A stretch of 64,000 nt of DNA. Source: Sphaerodactylus townsendi. Its lineage: Eukaryota. Shown piece after piece: positions 13,160 to 24,523 of this stretch. Where the stretch lies: assembly GCF_021028975.2 (NCBI RefSeq), contig NC_059430.1, positions 37,200,001 through 37,264,000 of the forward strand, read 5' to 3'. Made by a program: the position numbers and the translations under genes. Position 1 is the first letter of the stretch, and every line of letters begins with the position of its first letter. The notes under the pieces were generated by a model, which worked only from the letters and a program-made list of their open reading frames with translations, did not search any database and had not been told where the DNA came from.

Positions 13160-13400
13160 GGATCAGGCTAGCCCAGACTCATCAGATCTCAGAAGATAAG
13201 CAGGGTGGGCCTGGGTAGTACTTGGATGAAAGACCGCAAAGGAATTTGAAGGTTGCTGCGCATTCCCTTCGGGGATGGGCGGGGTAAAAGTCTAAAAATA
13301 AATAATAGGTAAGCAAAGGCAAAATCCCTCTGTTTATCTCATGTCTTGAAAACCCTATGGGGTTGCCATAAGTCAGCTATCGCTTGATCGTACTTTCTCC
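13160..13400 (+). mobile_element. 5S rRNA-derived SINE with Sauria-like body
   Basis: Head resembles 5S rRNA (atctcagaagataagcaggg..ctgggtagtacttggatg); interrupted by a short LINE tail at about 13263-13306. Confidence 0.6.
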
Positions 13401-14679
13401 CATCATGGTGGGATCAAAAGTTGCCACCCTTTCAAAAATGTTATAGATTATTCATATTTTGGGACCCCTTTCCCTAAAGATAATGAAAGACATTTGTCTG
13501 CTAGTTTGCACTGTTAATTTATTATATTCTTTCTTTGTTTCAAAAGAGAAACACAGGGCATCTATCTAAAAAAGCAGACCCACTGACGGGGGTCTTGTGT
13601 ATCTCACTCCAGGAGAGCAAGTAGGTAGCCTCTCTGCATGTCTGCTGGTCAGCATACCAGGTGACCTTTGTCCACATCATGTCAGGTCCTTTGCTCCACC
13701 CAAAGCAGGGCGGCAGTTCAGCTGGCCATGCTCAAGTCACAGCTGGGAGCTGAACGGGCAGCCTAGAAGCCAGTAAGATTCAGAAGTTGGGTCCGCAGAG
13801 CAGCCAGCAATGATTTAACATCAGAATCTGGAGAGTGGTCATTCTGAGGTAAAAATTTAGAATATGAAGGCTCCTCTTGAAGCCCTCTTGTCCAACCAGA
13901 ACTCTGCTCATGAAACTTCATTCAAGCCCAGATATGAAACAGGCACTGTTTTCACCCATTGCAGTCTTATTTCTAAACATATGCATCAAAAGCTTAATCA
14001 AAGATGTTTCATACTGAGAATTCTCAAGCAATCTCACTATAACCTTTTATTCCCATCTATATCCAACATATGCAGGGGGTTGGCCAAGTACAACCTATGA
14101 CACTCCCTGCAGTTTTTTTGTGTTGGTACACTACCATCTTGACAGGTTGATGTTTCAATTGGGGGTGCAGGGGACTTAAGCCAAGAAGATTCCCTATCCC
14201 TGGACTAGCTGCTAATGGAGGGATGAATAGCAGTATCTCTCCTTTTGGTTAAGCTGCACAATGGCTGGACACTGGTGGAGTCATGTATTACTCCTGAAAT
14301 GAAACCTCAATGCACAACTACAAATCTTACCTACACGATAGATCTCAGATGAGGTTTCTATTGCTTTGATGCATTCTCTGTGTGTTAGTACATAGCAATC
14401 AACAGTGAGAAGCTCATATCTCATTAATAACAGTAGAAATGCAAAATGTGGAAATGTTTCTAGGCTATGATGATGAAGTTGCTATTTTGCAACTCTTTAG
14501 TTAATTTTATAAAATAAATGTGATTATAATGTGGTTACAAAAAGCACCTTAATGGCCTGTCTGTTTTGTCCCATGGATGCATTTTGAAGCAAGGTTTACC
14601 ATCTTTTAACCTGGCCAATGCCAGGTAGCTGAGACTAAGGTTATTAATACTTTTGGAAAACAATCATAATTTTCTTCAC

Positions 14680-15332
14680 CTGCTCCTCAGAGACCAGTTT
14701 TTCTACCATAGATGTTCCATATTTGGCCTTGATATTGTTGGGTATTAGGCTGCTTTTCTTCTCCTGAAGGGGCTTTCCTTCTGCTTTCACATCATGGCCA
14801 CTTGATGCGAGGGACTCTTTGGCACTCGAAACTTCCTGGGCATCTTTCATGTCTTCACGGCTACCCTTCATGGCCTTCCAAGGTGATCCATGCAATCGGC
14901 TCCCCATCCGATGATACTGCCTGTTCATTAGTTCATTGCCGTTACTATAGTTTTCTTCCATCTCTTCTTGGCGAGACTTGGCAGACTGTTGGGAATTCCC
15001 AGACCTCCCTTTTTGGTGATTCCCAATTCCCTTGGAAGTAGCATTAGTTAGACTTTCCTTTCTGCTCACAGATTCTTTGGGTGATCCAGTACGAATGCAC
15101 AAGGCAGATGGAGTTTTGGACTTGAGGGTCTGTTTGCTGTGGTTTCTGGTTTGGAAATGCTGCATGGAAGGTGATGGTTGTGGCATGGCAAGAGGAGCAC
15201 CCACAGTTTGTCTGCTCTCTGTTGGGCTTGTAGGGTCCTTGCATGAGTTCCTGGAAGGGGGTCTTTTGTTCTTGGCCCATTCCCCGGCCATGCCATATGT
15301 GACCTGCTCCTTGTTTCCATATGCAGGCACTA
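14680..15332 (-). CDS. CIMIP4: CIMIP4/TEX33 large 5' coding exon
   Basis: Open frame ending SLIPNNIKAKYGTSMVEKLVSEEQ|gtgaag; tandem TAGTAG acceptor (15332/15329); first in-exon ATG at 15291. Confidence 0.85.
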
Positions 15333-15556
15333 CTAGAAGACAAAATAGAATACACAATCACATACTGCCTACATTTGTATTTTATTGGAAATAGTATAAG
15401 ATTTTTAAAAATTATTTACATTATTTATATTTTGCCTTTCTCGCTGAGACTCAAGGCGGATTACACAGAGTAAGTCAATGAAGTTAAAAGGATTGGATAT
15501 CCAATAAGCAATGTAGTAAGATTAGGATGCTGAAATTAAAACCAACTAAAAATCTG

Positions 15557-15745
15557 GCCTGGATGGCCCAGATCTCACAAGCTAAGCAGGGCCAGCTCTT
15601 GTTAGTACTTGGATGGTAGATCACCAAAGAATACCAGGGTCATTATGCAGAGGAAGGCAATGTCAAACTACCTCCATTAGTATCTTGCCTTGAAAACCCT
15701 AAGGGGTTGCCATAAGTTGGTTGCAACCTGACAGCACTTTACACA
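15557..15745 (+). mobile_element. 5S rRNA-derived SINE
   Basis: gctaagcaggg..gttagtacttggatgg 5S-like internal promoter region plus the shared 3' body. Confidence 0.65.
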
Positions 15746-15917
15746 CACACAAATCTGAATCAAAGCTAAAACAAAATAGGGCATATTAGAGATACAGAAA
15801 TTACTTAACAGAATAAAACAAGCAACTGATAGTGCATACTATACACAGTAATTAGATGTATACAACATCTAATTGATGTTGCTCATTAGAAGAGGAATGA
15901 GGAGGAGGAAGAGGAGG

Positions 15918-16190
15918 AGGTTTGGATTTATATCCCACCATTCTCTCATGTAAGGAGACTCAAGGTGGCTTACAAGTTCCTTTCCCTTTCTCTCCCCACA
16001 ACAGACACCGTGTGAGGTAGGTGCAGCTGAGAGAGTTCCGAAGAACTATGAGTAGCCCAGCAGGAATGTAGGAGTGAGGAAACACATCTGGTTCACCAGA
16101 TAAGCCTCTGCCACTCAGGTGGAGGAGTAGGGAATCAAACCCAGTTCTCCAGATTAGAATCTATCTGCTCTTAACCACTACATCACACTG
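15918..16190 (-). mobile_element. tRNA-derived SINE (Squam3-like)
   Basis: Minus-strand A/B-box head (gtagtggttaagag..ggtttgattccc); many similar copies in the window. Confidence 0.7.
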
Positions 16191-16199
16191 ACTCTTAAT

Positions 16200-17430
16200 T
16201 TGCAGAGTGGTACTTGCAGAGAGTACGGATCAGATGAGCAAAACTACCATGGTAGAGCAGAGGTGGAAAGGCAGTTCGGCAGACATGAGGGTCCAAGGCC
16301 GTGAAGGACTTTGTATGTGATAGTCAAGATGTCAGATGGAACCCAGTAACTGATGGGTACTCAATGGGGTGACTGCAGAATATGGCTAACATGCATGTAC
16401 TTCCTAGCTCCTAATAACTGAGCTGCAACATTCAGCGCCAACTGGAGTCTATGAGTTGACTTTAAGGGCAGTGTTGAGATTCAAATGTTTTAACAACCAG
16501 TTCCAGTGGTGGGATTCAAATAATTTAACAACTGGTTGTTTGCAAGCACTATTTTAACAACCGGTTCTGCCGAAATGGTGTGGACCTGCTGAATCCCACC
16601 ACTGCCTATATACAACAGTCTAGAACAGTGGTGGTGAACCTTTGGCACTCCAGATGTTATGGACTACAATTCCCATCAGCCCCTGCCAATTGGCCATGCT
16701 GGCAGGGGCTGATGGGAATTGTAGTCCATAACATCTGGAGTGCCAAAGGTTCGCCACCACGGGTCTAGAACTACATTACAGATACCTAGTTTCAATTTTA
16801 CCATGGCAGGGTTAAGTTGTTCAGATTGACCAAATCAGGGTAGCACACCACCTTCCAAGCTAAATTAAAATTGGCAGAAAACTTTTTTTTTGCAGCTGCA
16901 TTAACTTGCTTCTCCAGCAGTAATGTTCAATCCAACATAATCTCTTAGCTCTTGATTGCATCAGCGAGGATCAGTGCAACTGCATTCAAAAGTTGGAGCA
17001 CCACATGCATCAAGATCTCAGCCAACTCTCCCTCTATCTTGACAGGATTTTCGTTTCAATCTGTCCATTCTTAGCCATTCAGTTGCAGCGGACAGGCAGC
17101 AATTCAGGATCTCTACTGCATCATCAGGAGATTTGGAAAAAGAGATATTGACCTGGGTGTCATCACCATATTGAAGACAGCCAACCTTAAAACTGTGAAT
17201 GATTTGTCCTTTGCATAGAGGTTGAATAAAATGGGGAATAGAAATGTCCCATGTGGGACTACAGGACAGGTTCCACACTAATGGCAACCGGCCTTTGATG
17301 GCAATGCTTTGACTCCTGTCTGAGGAATGATTTGAACCAGTCCATAGCGCATTCCCTAATGAATTCTGCTTCCAAATGCCTCAACAAGATGTCATGGCCA
17401 ACTGGATCACAGTCTGCAGATAATCCAGTA
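16200..17430 (-). mobile_element. Degenerate L2-like LINE ORF2 (RT) fragment interrupted by two MITEs
   Basis: LQYGDDTQV resembles the QYADDTQL RT motif; multiple stops. Confidence 0.6.
16626..16762. mobile_element. hAT MITE
   Basis: Palindromic; perfect 8-bp TSD gtctagaa. Confidence 0.85.
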
Positions 17431-17644
17431 GGGGCAGAAAAGAAGCTTTTCTACATTCAGATCAGAGAGTACAGCAGCAAACTCTCCCAATCCGAAAGCA
17501 TTTTCTTTATATTTCCCTATGCTACACATATACATAGTCACCATGGTCACCTACTGAATTATTATTTCAGGGTCAGAGAATGAACTTCCACCTGATCAAG
17601 CAATAAAGATTATGGAAAGGGAAGAGTTGAAAGAAGAAAAATAG

Positions 17645-17925
17645 GAGTTTGGATTTATAGCCCACTTTTCTTTTCTGTAAGGAGTCTCAACGCTACTTAT
17701 GAACGTTGCCTTTTCTTCTCCCAACTGCAGATGCCTTGCAAGGTAAGGGGGGGCTGAGAGAGTTCTTAAAGAACTGTGATTAGCCCAAAGTCATTCAGCA
17801 GGCTTCACTTGTAGGAGTAGGGAAACACCAGATAAGAGTCTGCCACTTATGTGGAGGAGTGGGGAATCTAGTCTGGTTCTCCAGATTAGAGTCTACTGCT
17901 CTTAGCCACTATATAATGCTGGCTA
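17645..17925 (-). mobile_element. tRNA-derived SINE (Squam3-like)
   Basis: Homologous to 15918-16190. Confidence 0.65.
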
Positions 17926-18958
17926 TACCAAGTGGCGCAACACCCTGGGCATGCGCCAGGGCAGGGGCATGCCAAGGGTATGGTGGGAGTGGGGCCACAG
18001 CAGGGGTGCAGGGCGCAGGCATGCCCTGGGCACAGTTCCCCCTTGCTCCTCCCCTGGCTGTACCCAGAACTAGACTACAGAAGGAGACAACAGAAGTTGT
18101 TTCAACTTATTTTCCCTCTCTGTCACAATGTAGGCCTACACTGTGACAAAATGTGTGTGAGGTATGCTAGTTTCCAGGCGGGACCTGGGAATCCCTTGGA
18201 ATTATAGCACATCTTTAGATTAGGAATCTGTTCTCCTGGAAAAATTGATACATTGGAGGGTGGTCTCTATGGCATTGTGCCCCATTGAGGTCCCTGACCT
18301 TCCTAGGCTCCATCTGCAAATTTCCAGGAGTTTCCCAACCTGGATCTGGCAACCCGACCGCATCCCCTGCAAATGGCTGACTGGGAGGGTGGGCTGGCAA
18401 CCCGTGTGTGTGTATAGGGGGTGCTACATAAGCCTTCACAAGAAGAAGATGTTTGGAGGAGACAGATGCATCCTCCCATTCTCCCCGTCAATATTTCTAA
18501 CCTGTTGCTTCGTCGGCTGTCCTGGCCTGATGATGTGTGGTGGCAGGAAATGGAAAAGCCGAATCCATGGGCACCTGCTGTGCAGAGAAACAAAGTTTGG
18601 ATTAATCTTAAACTTTTTGGGGTGGAATCCCTTTCTAAATTTACTTTTTGGGGACCACTTGCAAAGTAACTCTGTCCCACTTTCTCCTGCATAAAATGCA
18701 GGAATTTCACATCAGTTAACACTAAGCACATTTTTTATCATTCTTATCTTTGGCATTTATAAATATGTAACATTTTGGAGCAACGGGCTATATTCTGTGA
18801 TTTCACACACTCAGAGGATACCCCATGTTTGCCACTGATCCTCGCAGACTCTTTTGTTCTAGATCACTCTGCCCCACACTTGGTTCCTTCTGGACTCACA
18901 GCACACCTGTATGTGCTGCCCCACAGCGTGAGTACCACTGGATTCTGTCAGCACTTAC

Positions 18959-18965
18959 AACACAT
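18959..18965 (-). CDS. CIMIP4: Candidate CIMIP4 start-codon exon (ATG TGT T|gtaagt)
   Basis: Consensus donor with phase 1 matching the next exon; about 370 bp downstream of the X-box. Speculative. Confidence 0.3.
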
Positions 18966-19335
18966 ATGGAAAGCTTAGAGTTAAAATAGTCTGGCACCCC
19001 AAGGGAGTTCAAGTCATGCCTGAACTTTTGAACCAGCATCACCAAATTCGCTACTCATACCAGATATCCTATACACATCTCTAGTTTTGGACCTTATTTT
19101 AAATAAAATTGTGAGAGTTATATCCAATAGAGTGTGCATAAATTATTGCAGGACATAAATATATTGCCTCTGGTTATAAAGTTATGTTACAAAACCTCTT
19201 GTTTCTATTCTGAAAATGGATGGGGTGGGCAGCTTTACAAGCAGGCTTGTTGTACTTTTACCAACAACTTGCTAATTCAAATTCAGCTGCAGAAACTGGT
19301 GAACAACAGGCTTGAAGAATGAAATTGTTGTTGTG

Positions 19336-19348
19336 GTTGCCTAGCAAC
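19336..19348. promoter_or_regulatory. RFX X-box motif upstream of CIMIP4
   Basis: GTTGCCTAGCAAC fits GTNRCC-N(0-3)-RGYAAC; expected for a ciliary/flagellar gene. Confidence 0.6.
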
Positions 19349-21084
19349 AGTCTGATGCCCACTGATGGGGCATTCACTTCTTACTTCCTTTCCATCCTGG
19401 TAGACTATGTACGACAGCAGTGACCTATTGTGTCTCTGTTGTTGCTAATCCAGAAACATCGGCCTTGCTAGGTAAAAACACAGAGAAGCCCTTTACAAGC
19501 TTTTTTTTTGCTCCATGTGCAACAGATCAGAAGCTATTAAAAATACTAGTTTTATAAAATTATGAAGATTTTTTTTGGAGTTGTTTTTTAAAGTGCCTAT
19601 ATTTTATGAGTTCAGTAATATGGTGATATTGACTCTGTGCTGTCAGTATGTCTGAGACATGGTTGAGCATCTCAAGGGACTAACTGAGAACCAGTCTGTA
19701 TGTCTGGATTGTACAGCAGCTGAAGGAAGAACACTGGCAACATCCACTGACTTTCACAACCCTGCGGAAGAGACACTATGTATGGAAAGGCTTGTGATCC
19801 CTTCCTTTCCAGGGTCTCAAGAGGGGTAAGGACAGAGAGCTATTCCATTGTGCATGCCAGTCTCTCACTTCAGCCCTTTTCAGACTTTTGTACATGTGTA
19901 AAGGAGAACAAGTGAGAGCTGAGAGTAGATTATAAGGACAGTTCCCTTCCTTTGTGTATATGCAGCCTGTGAGTAGGACAAGGCCTAGGAGTATAGGCTT
20001 ATGCATGTACAGCTCTTTGACTCTGGTCATGTTGAAAGAGTCCTGTATGTGTACACCTGTGTGTGTATAGCCTCTCATCCACTGAACACCCAGAAGTCAG
20101 AACTGATCCTATATCCTTTCTGCAGCTACATTCCTGCTTAGGGTTTACCATCCTCAAGGTGGAGGTCCCTGACTTTCTCCTGGAATTACAAGTGATCTCC
20201 AGATCGGTTGCTTTGGGGAAAATGGCAGGCTCAGAGGGTATCCCTTGCCATGTTATCATGGTAGAATATGTATGACAGCAGTGACCAATTGTGTCTATAG
20301 GTTTCATAATCATGATATGGCATCACATCCCTGCTAAGCTTCCTTCCATTCCCAGATTCTGCCTTCCCTCGGCAACGTTGCCAAATCTTCAGTATTTCCC
20401 AAGCTAGAGTTGCCAACCCGACTAATCTAAGCTAAGAAATCTTTAGCTTCCTGTCCTTCTCTAGCCCCCTAGTTAAGGGTGAACAGCAACAGCTTTCTGT
20501 CATGCAATTCCTATGACAAATCTCATATTCTCTCAGTCTTGCTCACTTATCATGGTGAAGAAGAAACTGAGGGAGGGGCGCTCTGCCATTAGGCATGTGT
20601 CTGCTGGAGGGAAAGAATCTCGAGGTCTGTTTAACTAAGAAGCTGGAGATTGGTTTGCTGCAGGCCTGCGCGGGCGCAGTCCCAGTGTGTGGAATGCACA
20701 GAAGACTGAAGTAAAACATAAAAACCCTTGATAGACCATCTCTTGCTGATGGCACCCTATCAGAAGAGAAGCTTAAAGTGACCTTTTTATCTGTGCCTCA
20801 TCTCACATTAGAACAAGTGGTATCATAACAAGCCTCTTGGGGAAAGCCCCTCTGCTACAGAAGAACCCTAAGGCCAGATAAAGCCCATGGGGTCACTTAT
20901 TGCTACTTTATTAGGAATGGATTCTAACTTTGGCAGATTAAACACTGGTGCTCTCCCCTGCAGTGAGAGTACATCTCTGTCAGGGCAGAGTTTTGATTGC
21001 AGACGTGCTCAGACCTATCGTGTGGCAGATTCTAGAAGCCCCGTGGTTCCTGAGAGAGGGCAGATCCCAATGTTTTCCCTGGCT

Positions 21085-21247
21085 GCGTGGCAGCTAATTT
21101 CCTTTTACTTTTAGATGGATGATGTATCTTTTGTTTGTTTTATGTATCTTGAATTTCTTATGCATTTTATCTGTACTTTATCTGTATTTTTGTAATTTTA
21201 AACCTTTTGTATTTTACTGGTCAATGACCATAAATAAACACGCACTG
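21085..21247 (+). mobile_element. 5'-truncated retroelement tail with 19-bp TSD
   Basis: cccaatgttttccctggct at both 21066-21084 and 21248-21266. Confidence 0.75.
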
Positions 21248-22841
21248 CCCAATGTTTTCCCTGGCTTTGGGGTTTCCGCTCCTTCAGGCAGGCATTTCTG
21301 GGGAACACCCCCTCCCTGCAATCTTGTGACTGACCTCCTGGAAGAGGGGGCAGGCAAGCCATGCAGCAAGCAGTGGGGCACTTCCTTGCTTGTAAATAGA
21401 GAAACGTGAGGAGACCCTACTGCGACCCCATGGTGAAGCAAAAAGCCTTGAGGAAAGTGCTCCATGCATAGTGGGCCTTTGTATTATTACCCTGACAGTC
21501 TCTGCTTTTCCTCATTGGTACCCTGTATGCTAAGCCTGAATTTAGGAGCTTAAGAACAATCCACACATTAAAGCTAAAAGATCATTCCATGGAGTTTGAA
21601 CCAGATGTTTCAGGAGATGGAGTGTTAATTAATTTAAACCATGGCTTTACATTCTTTCAGCAGCATTCCATGTAACGGTGACATTTCCCCTAACTGTAGA
21701 TATAAAAGTCACAACATGCACCTCCGTGTGTCTCTGAGAGAGATTCTTGCTGCTCACTTCAATTGAATCAGGTTAAACTTATTGCTAATATATGGTATTT
21801 TCAGTGATAATTATCAATGTTCATTCATTTTCTTGGGAATGTTTAGTAGAAGTGGAGCTTTAACTTTATGAAACTTCATATTTCTGACATCATATTCCTT
21901 TTCTCACATTTTTACCCACCCTTTCTCCAAGGACCTCAGAACATCATATATAATTTCCCCCTATCCTCTTTTGTCTTCACAGCAACCCTATAATGTAGGA
22001 TAGTCCTAGCCTAACCACTACACTCCAATTACTTTCCCCCACTTTGTCCTCACAAAGCCTCTGTGAAGTAGTTTTAAGTTGAGAGATGGTCACTGGCTCA
22101 AAATCACCCAAGTGCTTCATAGCAGAGCGGGGATTATAACCGAGGGATTCAAATTTATTAGAGACTCAATGAAGTCAAATGTAGCCTTCACGGTTCCTTA
22201 GAAATTTTACCACATAATCTAGAAATGATCTTACAACTCTGAGGGGAAAAAAAGATACTTCCCTCCACACATACCAAATGTTTCAATTTAAAGTCAGTTT
22301 GGGGATTCTCATTCTAAATTTTGAATATAGGGGGATATTAATATGATGGTCCTTGGTCACAGTAGCTGTCCGAGAAATGGTGACTGACAGATTCTCACAA
22401 TACACAACACTTTTTTTCTTTACAACTATGACAGTAAGATTAGCAAATCAGTTATGACCCACTAGCTCATGGTTTTTCTTTAGTGCTGACAAATTCCCCC
22501 GTCCCTCTGCTCCCCACATGCCATTAAAAATCATCTAGATTTTTCTTCCAGAGGACTCCTAAAATTTTGCCTCCTATTCTGTAATCTCTTTCAGATTTCA
22601 AAGGCCTCCAAGACTCATTGCTGGAAGAACAGCTGGTCCATAGTATTAAGACAGCCTTCGGGACCTGGGTTGAAATCCTCTAGCCTCCTGTCAGTTTCAG
22701 TGCCTTGTTTGGTATAGTACCACTATTTGTTGGAATTGCCAAGACACTGCCAAATCCCAGCTATTACCAGAATTTGGTGGTATCTATAGGTGATCAGGTA
22801 CAGCTTAAAAGAGTCCCTCTGTCCATCATTAATTTAATATT

Positions 22842-23462
22842 TTAGTGTTCCCTTGAAAATCCTGAAATAGGCCCAGATATTTTCACCTGTGTCAAATTCT
22901 CCACTTTGTTGGCATTTCCCTGGCAAGGAGACAAGAGGTAGTTGTCCCTTTGGAGGAGGTTATTGCCATTCTTCTCCTGCTGCTGTAGATACTGGAGCAC
23001 AGGACTGATTTCCTCAAATTGCTGAACTGAGGTATCATCCTCTTCCTCTGGCTGTGGTAGTTGTTGATAGAAGGCAGTAAATTCTTCAGGGTGCTGCAGA
23101 TATCGAAGCACGGGACTAACCTCCTCAACTTCTTGTATGTATTGAGGTAAAGACTGAACCACCTTCTGTTCTGGTTGGCATTGGAGCGAGGAACTCACCT
23201 CCTCAAGCTCCTGCTGACACTGAAACAAGTTTCTTCTCTCCTTATGCTTGAACAGATATTGCCTGGCCATTGTCAGAAAACCTATGGCTACAAACAGCAC
23301 AATGACTAGGTATGATCGGTATACGTGCCATGTGTTTCCGAGGATTGCCAACCAGCTGTGGCTCCAGTTCAGTTGCCAGAGGTGGCCAAGGAGAGCCCAA
23401 CATACCTGCCACATGTGGCCTGGAGTAGCATCAAGACAGCAGCAAAGTCCCACAGCACTGAT
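22842..23462 (-). CDS. Orphan putative membrane protein, main exon
   Basis: Open frame of about 206 codons after acceptor tttttaagcacag; hydrophobic YLVIVLFVAIGFLTMA followed by basic residues; three EE[VI]S repeats; possible internal donor CAG|gtgaaa at 22887. Confidence 0.6.
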   Translation of the reverse strand: MSAVGLCCCLDATPGHMWQVCWALLGHLWQLNWSHSWLAILGNTWHVYRSYLVIVLFVAIGFLTMARQYLFKHKERRNLFQCQQELEEVSSSLQCQPEQKVVQSLPQYIQEVEEVSPVLRYLQHPEEFTAFYQQLPQPEEEDDTSVQQFEEISPVLQYLQQQEKNGNNLLQRDNYLLSPCQGNANKVENLTQVKISGPISGFSREH

Positions 23463-23589
23463 CTGTGCTTAAAAATCAAGCCACCCTTTGTGTAGGTCAT
23501 ACTACCTCAACCTCTTTGTTTGTCAGCATGGGAGGATTATTTTTACCTCACAAGTCAAGCCTGCAGTGCTACATATATGTTTACCTCAC

Positions 23590-23598
23590 CTCTTCCAT
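23590..23598 (-). CDS. Orphan gene start-codon exon (MEE)
   Basis: Kozak ACCATGG, donor GAG|gtgagg, phase 0 matching the next exon across a 127-nt intron. Confidence 0.5.
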
Positions 23599-23700
23599 GG
23601 TCTCAACTTAGGTGCCAAAGTAGTTCTTGGTGGATCAAGCAGGTCCTTGTCCAGAAGTGGAGACAAAGAGTTGGAACTATGAGGACAGCCACCAAGGACA

Positions 23701-23713
23701 GTTGCTTAGTAAC
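23701..23713. promoter_or_regulatory. X-box-like motif upstream of the orphan gene
   Basis: GTTGCTTAGTAAC, 11/13 identical to the CIMIP4 X-box, about 100 bp upstream of the ATG. Confidence 0.4.
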
Positions 23714-23964
23714 AAGCATCCTCATCTGTGAGCTGTAGTTGTTATAGGAACTCCAGTAAACATAGGTATCAGTTGACAGTTATCCTCTTCTGTAGTGTTA
23801 CAAAAATTCACAGGGTACAAGTCTTGGTTTCCTGGCCCTCATCATTCAATAACAGTTATTTAGAACTTATTTAGCCACTTCTATTCAAGGACATCAAACT
23901 ATGTTACTTGCTCTTAAGTCCCAACAACACTACATGGGAGTCAAATACTTTTAAATCCAGAGGC

Positions 23965-24374
23965 CAATCTACTGGAAGTCCCTGGCCCCTCGATGATGCG
24001 ACTGGCCTCCACTCGGGCCAGGGCCTTTACGTCTCTGGCCCCGGCCTGGTGGAACACTCTCCCTCCAGCTGTCCGGGCCTTGGAGAGACCAGTGGCTGAA
24101 TTGTGCCCCCCTCTGTTCTCCTGTGAGGGCCCCTTTACATTTCTGGGACACACCGTGCCCCCCTCTTCCCTTGCTAGGAGGATTTTTTAAGTAAGGTTTT
24201 TGTGGGATGCCAATTTAATGTAGCAATCACTGTTTTAAATTAAATTAATATTTTAGATTTTATGGGGCTGAGTTTTTCATGTTCAGTATTATTTATTGGT
24301 TGTTATTTACTTGCCCCTCTTGTTATTGTATTTTATGTTGATGTTGTACACCGCCCAGAGCCCTCCGGGGATGG
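23965..24374 (+). mobile_element. L2-like LINE 3' fragment running into the gap
   Basis: RAFTSLAPAWWNTLP is typical of the L2 ORF2 end, followed by the 3' stem-loop. Confidence 0.65.
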
Positions 24375-24523
24375 NNNNNNNNNNNNNNNNNNNNNNNNNN
24401 NNNNNNNNNNNNNNNNNNNNNNNNNNNNNNNNNNNNNNNNNNNNNNNNNNNNNNNNNNNNNNNNNNNNNNNNNNNNNNNNNNNNNNNNNNNNNNNNNNNN
24501 NNNNNNNNNNNNNNNNNNNNNNN
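24375..24523. other. Assembly gap (149 N)
   Basis: Run of n. Confidence 1.

Noticed and set aside
15557-15640. 5S rRNA or tRNA genes
   Set aside because: Diverged SINE heads fused to repeat bodies, not intact RNA genes.
20887-21465. Coding exon interrupted by the TSD-flanked insert
   Set aside because: Removing the insert does not restore a long frame in the frames I checked.
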